From: an uncultured virus (IMG/VR IMGVR_UViG_3300047560_001157)
Taxonomy: Duplodnaviria; Heunggongvirae; Uroviricota; Caudoviricetes
IMG/VR virus record: IMGVR_UViG_3300047560_001157
Length of the DNA: 20,000 nt
Reading direction: 5' to 3' (one strand)
Shown here: one piece after another, positions 8,555-17,200 of the stretch
Layout: each line of letters begins with the position of its first letter
Position numbering within the stretch: the stretch's first letter is position 1
The notes under the pieces: generated by a model
Seen by the model: the letters and a program-made list of their open reading frames with translations, nothing else
What the model was told of the DNA's origin: nothing
Databases searched by the model: none
Position numbers and translations under genes: made by a program

Positions 8555-9441
8555 TGCAGGCCAGTGATATCACCTGGTTACAAGTAGAAAATACTACTCG
8601 GTGCAATGCCTGGTGTCCCTCTTGTGGCAGGAACAACGGTGGCTATGGATTAAGAGATAACTTTGTAGAACAGGATTTAGATATCAATCGATTCAAAGAA
8701 GTGCTGGACATGTTTCCTAACTTGTCTACTATACAATTTTGTGGCACATACGGTGATGCACTGGCTTCGCCGGATTCTCTTGAACATATCGAAATCGCTG
8801 TGTCTCGTGTTGGGCACGTGAACATTCATACCAATGGCAGTTTACGCAATCAAGACTGGTGGCGTGATCTTGCTGAACTGCTCGCTCCTATTAGGCACGA
8901 AGTCTGGTTTACACTAGACGGACTAGCAGGAACACATGAAATATATCGCCAAGGCACAGCATGGCAAAAGGTTATCGACAATGCCACTGCGTTTATTGAT
9001 CAAGGCGGACAAGCGGTATGGCAGTTTATACCGTTTGAGCACAACCAAACAGAAATAACTCGATGCATAGCACTGAGTCAGCAGTTGGGATTCAAACGTT
9101 TTGAAATAGTTAGAAATGTTAGATATCCCGATGTGGCAAAACACTATCAAACAGGACAAACAATTGAAATAAAGCCTTGGAGCAAAGATCAAAAGACCAA
9201 CAAGTACAAACAACCTGACAGAACAGTAACCACAAAAGACTGTAGGCATCTAACAGATCCCAGTGTGTATCTAAGTGCCAATGGTCAGTTGTCGCCGTGC
9301 TGTTTTTTCAATCACAGGCGTGAGTACCACAGCTTTGATCAGTTGCCAGATATTAAACTTGAATTAGAACAGCATCCTCACCAGAAATGTTTACATTCCT
9401 GTGGTACATGTGCTAGTATAGACAACCATGATGATAATTAA
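8554..9441 (+). CDS. Radical SAM protein with C-terminal SPASM/Twitch-like Cys domain (paralog 1)
   Basis: CNAWCPSC (CxxxCxxC), CGTYGD, HTNGS, FTLDG; C-terminal C...SVYLSANGQLSPCC...CLHSC. Confidence 0.9.
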   Translation: MQASDITWLQVENTTRCNAWCPSCGRNNGGYGLRDNFVEQDLDINRFKEVLDMFPNLSTIQFCGTYGDALASPDSLEHIEIAVSRVGHVNIHTNGSLRNQDWWRDLAELLAPIRHEVWFTLDGLAGTHEIYRQGTAWQKVIDNATAFIDQGGQAVWQFIPFEHNQTEITRCIALSQQLGFKRFEIVRNVRYPDVAKHYQTGQTIEIKPWSKDQKTNKYKQPDRTVTTKDCRHLTDPSVYLSANGQLSPCCFFNHRREYHSFDQLPDIKLELEQHPHQKCLHSCGTCASIDNHDDN

Positions 9442-11197
9442 AAATCTTACTGTAAAAAACTTTATGAGCGTGGGTAATGCCACGCAGGCCATTCGATTTG
9501 ATCGCAGTGATCTTACACTGGTGTTGGGGCAAAACCTAGACCTAGGCGGGGACGACACAGGCGCACGTAATGGCACAGGCAAGACCACAATCATCAATGC
9601 ACTGAGTTATGCGCTGTACGGCGAAGCACTCACACGCATTCGCAAGGAAAACCTAATTAACAAAACCAATGGTAAAGCTATGATGGTTACCATTGAGTTT
9701 GACAAAGACGGAGTCAGCTACAAGATTGAGCGTGGGCGTAAACCCAACACACTGAAATTCTTTGTGGGTGATGTAGAGCAAGAACAAAAAGACGAAGCAC
9801 AAGGCGACTCAAGAGAAACACAACATGCCATTGAACAGCTATTGGGCATGAGTCACGAAATGTTCAAGCACGTGGTTGCATTGAACACCTACACAGAGCC
9901 GTTCTTGAGCTTGAAAGCCGCAGAACAACGTGTGATGATTGAACAGTTGTTGGGCGTTACACAGCTATCAGAAAAAGCCGAAGCTCTCAAAGAGCAAATG
10001 AAGGCTACCAAAGATGCAATTACCAAAGAGGAATATCGCATCAAGGCTGTGCAGGATGCCAACAAGCGCATGGAAGATCAGATTGCTAATCTACGTCGCA
10101 GACAAACTCTGTGGCAGACCAAGAAGCAGGAAGATCTAGAAAAACTTGCTGTAGGCTACGCAGAGCTGGACAAAATTGACATTGAAGCAGAACTGGTTGC
10201 ACATCAACAGCTTGCAGAATACTTTGTTAAAAAGCAAGCCATTGATCAACTTAAAAAATATATTGTACAGAACGAGCGCGATGAAGCTCGTGAAAATCGT
10301 GTGGTGGAAAAGCTCAAAGCAGAAATTGCCAGCTTGGAAGATCACAAGTGTCATGCTTGTGGACAAGAACTACACGACAACAATCATGAGCAGTTGCTTG
10401 CTACTAAAAAAACAGAAATGCAGGAAGCCGCACTGAATGCGCTGAGTGCAAACACACAGTACATGGAGAACACCACTGCACTAGCAGAACTAGGTGAGCT
10501 GGGCGAAGTTCCTAAAACATTCTATGAGCGTGAAGCAGATGCATTTGAGCATCGTGCCAGTCTGGGTGCCATACTTGGACAGATTACTGCTAAACAGGAA
10601 GAAGCAGATCCATACTCTGATCAAATTGTAGAAATGGAAAAGCAGGCGCTGGAAGAAATTGATTATGATGAAATGAACAGGTTAACCAACCTGCTGGATC
10701 ATCAAGACTTTTTACACAAACTGCTTACCAGCAAAGACAGCTTTGTTCGCAAACGCATCATTGATCAAAACTTAACTTATCTAAATCAACGACTAAGTTA
10801 CTACCTTGACAAGATTGGCTTGCCACACACAGTGGTATTCCAAAACGACTTAACTGTTAACATCACTGAGCTAGGACGTGAACTAGACTTTGATAACTTG
10901 TCACGTGGAGAACGTAATAGACTTATCCTGTCACTGAGCTGGAGCTTCCGTGATGTGTGGGAAAGTCTGTATCAACCTATTAACCTGCTGTTCATTGACG
11001 AAGTTGTAGACTCAGGCATGGACAGTTCAGGTGTTGAAGCAGCCTTGGCTATTCTCAAGAAGATGTCACGTGATAGAAACAAGAGTGTTTGGTTGGTAAG
11101 TCACAAGGATGAGTTAACTAGTCGTGTTAGCAATGTGTTGACTGTTACAAAAGAAAATGGATTTACCAGCTATGGAACAGATGTTGACACCGTTTGA
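9428..11197 (+). CDS. gp46: Recombination ATPase subunit, T4 gp46 / Rad50 / SbcC-like
   Basis: KNFMSVG, Walker A NGTGKTT, coiled coil with zinc hook CHAC, signature LSRGE, Walker B LLFIDE, VSH. Start 9428 or 9431. Confidence 0.95.
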   Translation: MMIIKNLTVKNFMSVGNATQAIRFDRSDLTLVLGQNLDLGGDDTGARNGTGKTTIINALSYALYGEALTRIRKENLINKTNGKAMMVTIEFDKDGVSYKIERGRKPNTLKFFVGDVEQEQKDEAQGDSRETQHAIEQLLGMSHEMFKHVVALNTYTEPFLSLKAAEQRVMIEQLLGVTQLSEKAEALKEQMKATKDAITKEEYRIKAVQDANKRMEDQIANLRRRQTLWQTKKQEDLEKLAVGYAELDKIDIEAELVAHQQLAEYFVKKQAIDQLKKYIVQNERDEARENRVVEKLKAEIASLEDHKCHACGQELHDNNHEQLLATKKTEMQEAALNALSANTQYMENTTALAELGELGEVPKTFYEREADAFEHRASLGAILGQITAKQEEADPYSDQIVEMEKQALEEIDYDEMNRLTNLLDHQDFLHKLLTSKDSFVRKRIIDQNLTYLNQRLSYYLDKIGLPHTVVFQNDLTVNITELGRELDFDNLSRGERNRLILSLSWSFRDVWESLYQPINLLFIDEVVDSGMDSSGVEAALAILKKMSRDRNKSVWLVSHKDELTSRVSNVLTVTKENGFTSYGTDVDTV

Positions 11198-12089
11198 TCC
11201 TGCTGGCATACGTGTACTGCATCTTGAGTTAACCACCAGGTGTCAAGCATCATGTCCTCAATGCAGTAGAATGGATCCTAGTCTAGGCTACAGTGATGAT
11301 CATGACTTAACACTGGCACGTTGCAAAGAATTGTTTTCAGAAGATTTTGTACGCCAGCTGGATAAGGTGTTTGCCTGTGGAGACTTTGGCGATCCGGCGG
11401 CAGCTAAAGAATGTATACCTATACTGCGTTGGTTTAGAGAAGTTAATCCCAACATCACCCTGGGCATGAATACCAATGGTGGATTACGTGACACACGTTT
11501 TTGGATTGAACTAGGCGAACTGTTTAATTGCAATCTAGATTATTGTGTGTTCAGCATCGACGGCATGGCTAGTACCAATGACATCTATCGCCGAGGTGTT
11601 ATGTGGCATCGTGTGATGCTGAATGCAGAAACATTTATCATGTCAGGCGGGAGAGCACACTGGGACATGCTGGTGTTTGAGCATAATCAGCATCATGTTG
11701 ACCATTGCCGTGAACATGCTAGAAAGATGGGCTTTACACATTTTCGTGCCAAGGTTAGCAATAGATTTGAAGATCGTCCTGTGGAGTTTTTATCTCCGCC
11801 CAAAGGCTATGTTCCAATCGTGCCCGATGGCCCAATTTCCTGTCATGCTGTAAACGAAAAAAGTTTATACGTGTCAGCAACGGGGCAAGTACTGCCCTGC
11901 TGTTTCATAGGCAACAGAATTTTTACACTAGACGATCAACTAAAACAATGGATACAAGCACCAAATTATCATGGACTCGCAGACAGCTGGACCACAAATC
12001 CGCATGAAGTTTGCAAAAGGCACTGTTCTACACACAACAATCAAACACACTTTTCAAGGCAATTTACAGAAGAAACCGTTCTAAAATAG
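11157..12089 (+). CDS. Radical SAM protein with C-terminal SPASM/Twitch-like Cys domain (paralog 2)
   Basis: CQASCPQC, CGDFGDP, NTNGG, FSIDG; C...SLYVSATGQVLPCC...CKRHC. True start is more likely ATG 11172 or 11181 (smaller overlap with gp46). Confidence 0.9.
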   Translation: MDLPAMEQMLTPFDPAGIRVLHLELTTRCQASCPQCSRMDPSLGYSDDHDLTLARCKELFSEDFVRQLDKVFACGDFGDPAAAKECIPILRWFREVNPNITLGMNTNGGLRDTRFWIELGELFNCNLDYCVFSIDGMASTNDIYRRGVMWHRVMLNAETFIMSGGRAHWDMLVFEHNQHHVDHCREHARKMGFTHFRAKVSNRFEDRPVEFLSPPKGYVPIVPDGPISCHAVNEKSLYVSATGQVLPCCFIGNRIFTLDDQLKQWIQAPNYHGLADSWTTNPHEVCKRHCSTHNNQTHFSRQFTEETVLK

Positions 12090-12141
12090 ACAGAAAACAG
12101 ATTTTTTAACTCACCCAAAATACAAGATAATTAACTAAGCT

Positions 12142-12657
12142 ATGACCAGTCCACAAAAAGCAAAAGGAAATGCATGGGAACGCAAGGTGGCAGATCACCT
12201 TACTGTTACCTATGGAGAACGCTTTATCCGCGTTCCGCATTCTGGCGCTTATATTGGCGGGTCAAATGCAAATCGCAAAGAGATACTGCACGAGGGACAA
12301 ATAAGAAGCTTCAAAGGGGATATTATTCCTGGACAGAGTTTCCCAAAGTTCAATGCTGAGTGCAAAAGTTACAAAGACTTTCCATTTCATCAACTCTTTC
12401 AAGGCTCCTGCAAACAGCTGGATGACTGGATTGAGCAAACATTGGATGTAGCCGACCAAGGTGATTTCAATATTCTGTTCATGAAGTTCAACCGCAAAGG
12501 CATGTTTGTAGCGGTACAACATGGCACACATTGGGATCTATCGATACCACATCTTCTCTACCAATCAGACAAACACGGCTCCTGGCTCATTTACGATTAC
12601 GATAAATTTTGGGAACACAACGAACACGTTAAAGTAGTTCGTACTCTGTGTTCATAA
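12142..12657 (+). CDS. Holliday junction resolvase-like PD-(D/E)XK endonuclease (archaeal Hjc / T5 D14 type)
   Basis: KAKGNAWERKVA, R.PHSGA, GDII and AECK match the Hjc-type E...D...ExK active site; lies downstream of gp47/gp46. Confidence 0.8.
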   Translation: MTSPQKAKGNAWERKVADHLTVTYGERFIRVPHSGAYIGGSNANRKEILHEGQIRSFKGDIIPGQSFPKFNAECKSYKDFPFHQLFQGSCKQLDDWIEQTLDVADQGDFNILFMKFNRKGMFVAVQHGTHWDLSIPHLLYQSDKHGSWLIYDYDKFWEHNEHVKVVRTLCS

Positions 12658-12659
12658 CA

Positions 12660-12995
12660 TAGCAACATTGTTTGGTCTAGGCTGCTAGACTCACCTTGAG
12701 GTTGTACAGGTAGTGCTGTGCCGCTAGATACTGGTGCGTTGCAAGAAAAGAACTAACTTAAGGTTCAAATGGTCGTGGCTCTGCGAAAAAGATGCAACCA
12801 CAGCTTATAGGATTTGGGTCTATTCCGGATCACTAGGGTTCCGTTGACATGCGAAGCTTGGGTAGGGGGTACAGGTCAACCGCCTCCGTGTCTTACGACA
12901 ATCCCATTTAGAATAGATGACTGTGCTACTCAGATGATGCACGTTTTTTGCCCGGCAACGGGCGAATTCTGACCGATTAATCTAGATGATACTTA
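12660..12995 (+). ncRNA. Putative large structured non-coding RNA, family not recognised
   Basis: No long ORF. About ten stems found by hand, several containing G-U pairs that work only on the + strand. GCAA tetraloop hairpin at 12947-12966. Two loop-mediated pseudoknot pairings: 12843-48 with 12875-80, and 12818-24 with 12912-18. Boundaries approximate. Confidence 0.6.
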
Positions 12996-12998
12996 AAA

Positions 12999-13062
12999 TC
13001 GCTAAAGCGAAGAAAGATATTGATGAGCGATAGCGAAATCAATAGAACTGCGAAGCAGTTCT
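12999..13062. repeat. Cluster of three short inverted repeats with GCGA/GCGAAGC motifs between convergent operons
   Basis: TCGC-TAAA-GCGA (12999-13010); TATTGAT-gagcgatagcgaa-ATCAATA (13018-13044); AGAACTGC-GAA-GCAGTTCT (13044-13062). Confidence 0.7.
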
Positions 13063-13082
13063 TGAAAGTGTTAGAAAAAGTA

Positions 13083-13301
13083 TTAGAAGAATGGTAAACC
13101 ACTGTTCTTAGTAGTTTCCATATTTTCTTTAATAATTTCCCTGATGATTTCGTTGTCAGTGTGAGCCAAGGACATAGCGGAATCATAATCTATTCCTCCG
13201 CGCATCCACCAGGTAAATCTAATCACTTCCTCGCGTATGGCTCTTGACTGTTTGTCGTATTCTTCTAGCAACAATCCAATTTCGTCGTCGGTTAAAGTCA
13301 A
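13083..13301 (-). CDS. Baseplate hub assembly/tail chaperone C-terminal module, gp51-like; possibly expressed as a -1 frameshift extension of gp26
   Basis: 72 aa, WWMRGGIDYDSAMSL...EIIREIIKEN. TTG start overlaps the gp26 stop (TTGA) and has no Shine-Dalgarno; lies directly after the gp26-like gene. Confidence 0.6.
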   Translation of the reverse strand: MTLTDDEIGLLLEEYDKQSRAIREEVIRFTWWMRGGIDYDSAMSLAHTDNEIIREIIKENMETTKNSGLPFF

Positions 13302-14173
13302 GAGCCGACTACGAAAAAATTTGAATAATCAAATAGGATAGCAATGTCCAGCGGTTCATTGCAAGAGTTACAGTTTACTTTAACTGGCTTAACTGCACCT
13401 TGTTCTTGTAGCTTGGTGATTTCATTTTGTATCTGATCAAATATTTTACGATCAACTTCGTTTAAGAAATCTTTAATAAAGTTTTGATCTCCAACTCTTT
13501 CACCACTTTCAACAATTTCAATGTATTCAATACTGCTGGCCATAACAGAGTGATTGATTTCGTTAACACGCATCAGCTGATCTGTTAGTGCTTTGGTCTT
13601 TTCTTCATCTTCCTCGTCACCGGGCAATGCTTCCAGAGCCATTTGCAGTTTACGCACTTCAAAACTGGTTTTGTTTGTGAAGTTGGTTTCCCAGTACATC
13701 TGTGGGCGGAACTTGATTTTAATAACGCCGATGTCTAGATCTTTATCGTAGTCGGGGCATTTGATAGAATCCAACATCACACGTAGATCCACTGCATAGT
13801 CGTGTTCTGCTTTGCAATGCGGACATTTGTTTGTAAAATCCATTTTGTGCCCGTAGCTGGCAATACGCATGGCTATCAGACAAGTGTCTACGTCTACACT
13901 GGGCATTTTCCAAGCGTCTTTGATGTTGGGCATACAGCTTTGTATTACATCGGTTACGCCTTGTCCGTTGATCAGCGCATCTGGAGTTCTGATCATGATT
14001 TCATCACGATTGGTCATAGGATACACAGGTAATTCCCCGTTTTCGGGTAATTCCAGTGCTCCGTCTTTCCACCAGCGTCCTCCACTGGGCAAACCAATAT
14101 AAATTGCCGGGGTGCGGAAAAACTTGCTCAGTGGGTTATTTGCTGGTGGCACTGCTGTCTGTTCTGTGCTCAT
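13298..14173 (-). CDS. gp26: Baseplate hub assembly protein, T4 gp26-like
   Basis: P.IYIGLPSGG, ELPVYPMTNRDEI, DVDTCLIAMRIASYG, two CxxC pairs (CPHC, CNSC), near-terminal SNFF; GAGGA RBS upstream. Confidence 0.8.
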   Translation of the reverse strand: MSTEQTAVPPANNPLSKFFRTPAIYIGLPSGGRWWKDGALELPENGELPVYPMTNRDEIMIRTPDALINGQGVTDVIQSCMPNIKDAWKMPSVDVDTCLIAMRIASYGHKMDFTNKCPHCKAEHDYAVDLRVMLDSIKCPDYDKDLDIGVIKIKFRPQMYWETNFTNKTSFEVRKLQMALEALPGDEEDEEKTKALTDQLMRVNEINHSVMASSIEYIEIVESGERVGDQNFIKDFLNEVDRKIFDQIQNEITKLQEQGAVKPVKVNCNSCNEPLDIAILFDYSNFFVVGS

Positions 14174-14184
14174 ATTTTGATCCT

Positions 14185-14192
14185 CATAAATA
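14185..14192 (+). promoter_or_regulatory. Late promoter for the tape measure gene
   Basis: CATAAATA (one mismatch to TATAAATA), about 30 nt upstream of ATG 14224. Confidence 0.6.
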
Positions 14193-14206
14193 TTGAAATA
14201 TACGTT

Positions 14207-14214
14207 TATTTATA
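14207..14214 (-). promoter_or_regulatory. Late promoter for gp26/gp51
   Basis: Plus-strand TATTTATA reads as a perfect TATAAATA on the minus strand, about 34 nt upstream of ATG 14173. Confidence 0.75.
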
Positions 14215-14223
14215 GGTAGCAAA

Positions 14224-17200
14224 ATGGATCGCGAGCAAATTGAAGCATTCAAACGGGCAATGCAAGAGGTTATGGGAGACCGCAACCCGTCTGCGGGCCG
14301 ATCAAGCTCCAGCGGTGATTCTGATGGAGCAACATACAAAGAACGTATAGATAATCTTTTGAAAAGCAGTAAAGATGCCACAGACAGCTACAAACGTCTA
14401 AGTGCAAGTTTGCGTTTAACCAACAGAGCACAATACGAACACAAAGAAGCACTGCGTCAAGCTAACAATGAACTCTATGATCTAGAAGAAGCACTACGCA
14501 AACATCGTGCTGGCACCGCACTACTAACACCGTTACAGTTAAAAGAAGTTGAAGCTAGACGCAAAGAAATTTCGTCTATGCAGGATCGCGGCGAAGTATT
14601 CCAGAAGTTCACCGGCGGTGTTGAAAAGTGGGGCAAGTTTCTAATAGGCTACTATGGTGCTGTGCAAATGGCAACCATACAGGGCGTTGGACAGGTAATG
14701 AGCACTATCCAGAGCGGTGGTTCTGGATTTGCCATAGCCAATGCTCAGATGGAAATGGAACTGAACATTGCTAATGTTCATGCACAGCAATTGGCCACTG
14801 CCACACAAATGGCTGGCACAGCAGTTGCGGCTATTCCAGGATTTGCAAGTAAACTGCTTGGCTTGGGCATGGTATTGAATGCCGAGTCAAACAAAGTACA
14901 ATCAGAACTTAAAACTGCTGCCGCAAGACTCTACAACCAGGTGCTGATGACTGGTGGTGATCAACTGTTAAGAGCCTACAAAGATTTAACCAAGGCAGGT
15001 GTTGTTGTTGCAGGTGGTGCCGATGACATAGCCAAGGCATTGCAATTCAATGGCGTCATGATGATGACCTTTGATCAGTTCAAGCAAGGTGTGCAAGAAA
15101 ACGCAGACGCATTGGTTAGAACTGGTATGGGCATTGGTCAAGCCAGTTTGCAGATGGGTCGCGTGGCAGCACAGCTCAGAGGACAAAAACTAGACAGACA
15201 GTTGCAGGCCATGGGGGTGTCAGTTGAAGACTTTATGGGCATTGCCGCATCTGAAATGGCATACATGAAACAAGGACAGTTTGGTCGGTCCTTGAAAGAT
15301 TCAGAAATTTTACAACGCTCTGTGGAGTATGCACAGTCGTTGAGTATTATTAATCAACTGACTGGTAAGAGCATTAGAGACCTTAAAGAAAAAGCCAAAG
15401 CCAACCAGGCAGACTTTGCATACCAACAAGAGATGGCTAATCTTCCAGATAGTGTGAGAGCCACAGTTACAAAAGCCATGGACACCTTTGATGACGAGAT
15501 ACGTCGATCAATTGTTCAGACTGCTAAGTTTGGTGTAGCCACTGGTGACAGCATGAAATTGTTAGCTGCCAGATTCCCAGAGCTACAGGTAATTTTCCGA
15601 GACGCAGCCAAGTCAATGCGTAACGGTACCATGACACCAGACGAAGCAATCAAGATTCGTACACGACTGTCAAGTGTGTACCAAACAATCATGAAGGATC
15701 AGACCTTTGGTACTATTGCGGCAAGTAATAGTAAACTGGCACCTGCTATTAATTCTCTGTCCAGCATGATGGTTGAAGGCTCTAGGTTTACAGCAGACGC
15801 GGTTAAAAACATAAAAGAAAATCAACGTCAGACCATGGAAGATGCTGAAGAAGCAGGTAAGACTGGCAAGCCCAAGAACATGACACAGATGTTGACTGAC
15901 ATTGAAGCGGCAGGCAGAGATCTAACAGCCAAGTTCCAACAACACATTATTGATAGACTTCCTGAGATTGGAACTAAGATCAAAGCTTCATTAGAAGAAG
16001 CAAACAGATTAATAGAAGAAGGTCTCGGCGGATTCCAACGCAAGTTTGGCGGCGGCGATATACCTGGCATGGGAGAAATCAACAAGTGGTTACCAATTGC
16101 CATTGCCGCACTACTAGCAGTTGATGCATTGAAACTCATACGCTGGGCAACATCTGGACGTTTTGGTGGAGGAACAACAACAACTGCAACAGAGGGTGGT
16201 GCTAAAGTAGAAGAAGGCAAGACTCGCACAGAACGATTCAAAGAATGGTTCAAAGAAAAGAATCCATTCAAAGGCAAAGAACTAACTGGTAGTGCAAAAG
16301 ACGTCGCAGAAATGGAATTGCGCTCCAAAGCCGCTGCCGCGGAAATAAGACAAGCCAAGATTGCAACAGCCTTAGAAAAAGCCGCACCTCTGTTAAAAAA
16401 TGTTAATCGTGCCAACATAGGCGTTCAGACTCTTATGTACGGTTACGAAATGAATCAAATTCGTGAAAAGAAAAACCGCGGCGAAATAACAGCAGAACAA
16501 GCAAATGAAGAGTACACTGGTAAAACAGCAGAGACTGCAGGTGGTGTTGCCGCTGCCTGGGCTGGCGGAAAGATAGGTGCCGCAGTTGGTGCCGCAATTG
16601 GTGTATGGTTTGGAGGTGTTGGTGCAGGACCCGGCGCTATCATTGGCGGATTACTAGGTAGTATTGGTGCAGGTGTGCTGTATTATATGACTGATGCTTC
16701 TAAATGGGTTAATAAAATTGGACAAAGTTTTTCCAAGTGGTGGCAGAGTTGGACGTTCAAAGGAGTTTGGGATTCAATTGGTAAAACTCTAGGTAGTACA
16801 TTTACAACCATAAGCGACTGGGTAGAAGATAGTTGGAAAACAGTTAAACAGAAATTTAGCAACTTAAATCCAATGAGTTGGTTTGGTGACGATAAACCTA
16901 CTACTACCAATGGTAAGCCACGTTCTGCACCATCAGCACCAGCTGGTGCAACTGTAACAGTTACAGGCAAACTGCCAGAAGGACTTAAAGCATTTGATGG
17001 CGCTCTTGCTGTAAGCCTATCGTCGGCTGGTAATGCTATTACGTTTACAGCAAATGCAAAAGGAATCTTAACTAGTGCATTTGTTGATGCATTAAAAAGT
17101 GCCCAGGGCGGAGCAGGTCCACTTGGCACTACATCTGTTAGACCGGGCGATTTTTATGATCCTAAGGCTAAAAAAGGCAAAGCGTTCACTGAAAACGATT

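Noticed and set aside
8554..12089. Radical SAM genes as viperin, QueE, NrdG or MoaA orthologs, or as mobile introns/inteins
   Set aside because: Both have Twitch-like Cys tails and lack pathway partners in the window; the flanking gp47 and gp46 are intact and no homing endonuclease motifs are seen.
12125..12137. GATAATTA/TAACTA as a late promoter for the nuclease
   Set aside because: Deviates from the TAAATA core seen at the other sites; too weak to call.
12947..12970. GC-rich hairpin as an intrinsic terminator
   Set aside because: The T-run precedes rather than follows the stem on +, and the minus strand gives an A-run; it fits better as a GNRA hairpin of the structured RNA.
12660..13080. 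Group I/II intron, tmRNA, RNase P, tRNA, CRISPR/TIGR array or IscB omegaRNA identity for the non-coding region
   Set aside because: No interrupted gene, no group II domain V, no clear P7/R-S elements, no tRNA-like ends, no GAGGAAAGUCC and no regular repeat-spacer periodicity. No IscB, TnpB, RT or Cas gene is nearby. GTGCG at 12734 alone is insufficient.
12977..13186. 69-aa minus-strand ORF overlapping the gp51-like gene and hairpin cluster
   Set aside because: Out of frame with gp51, no RBS, and runs through inverted repeats.
15828..17129. Long antisense ORFs (196 aa, 148 aa) inside the tape measure gene
   Set aside because: Typical antisense shadows of an Ala/Gly-rich gene; no motifs.
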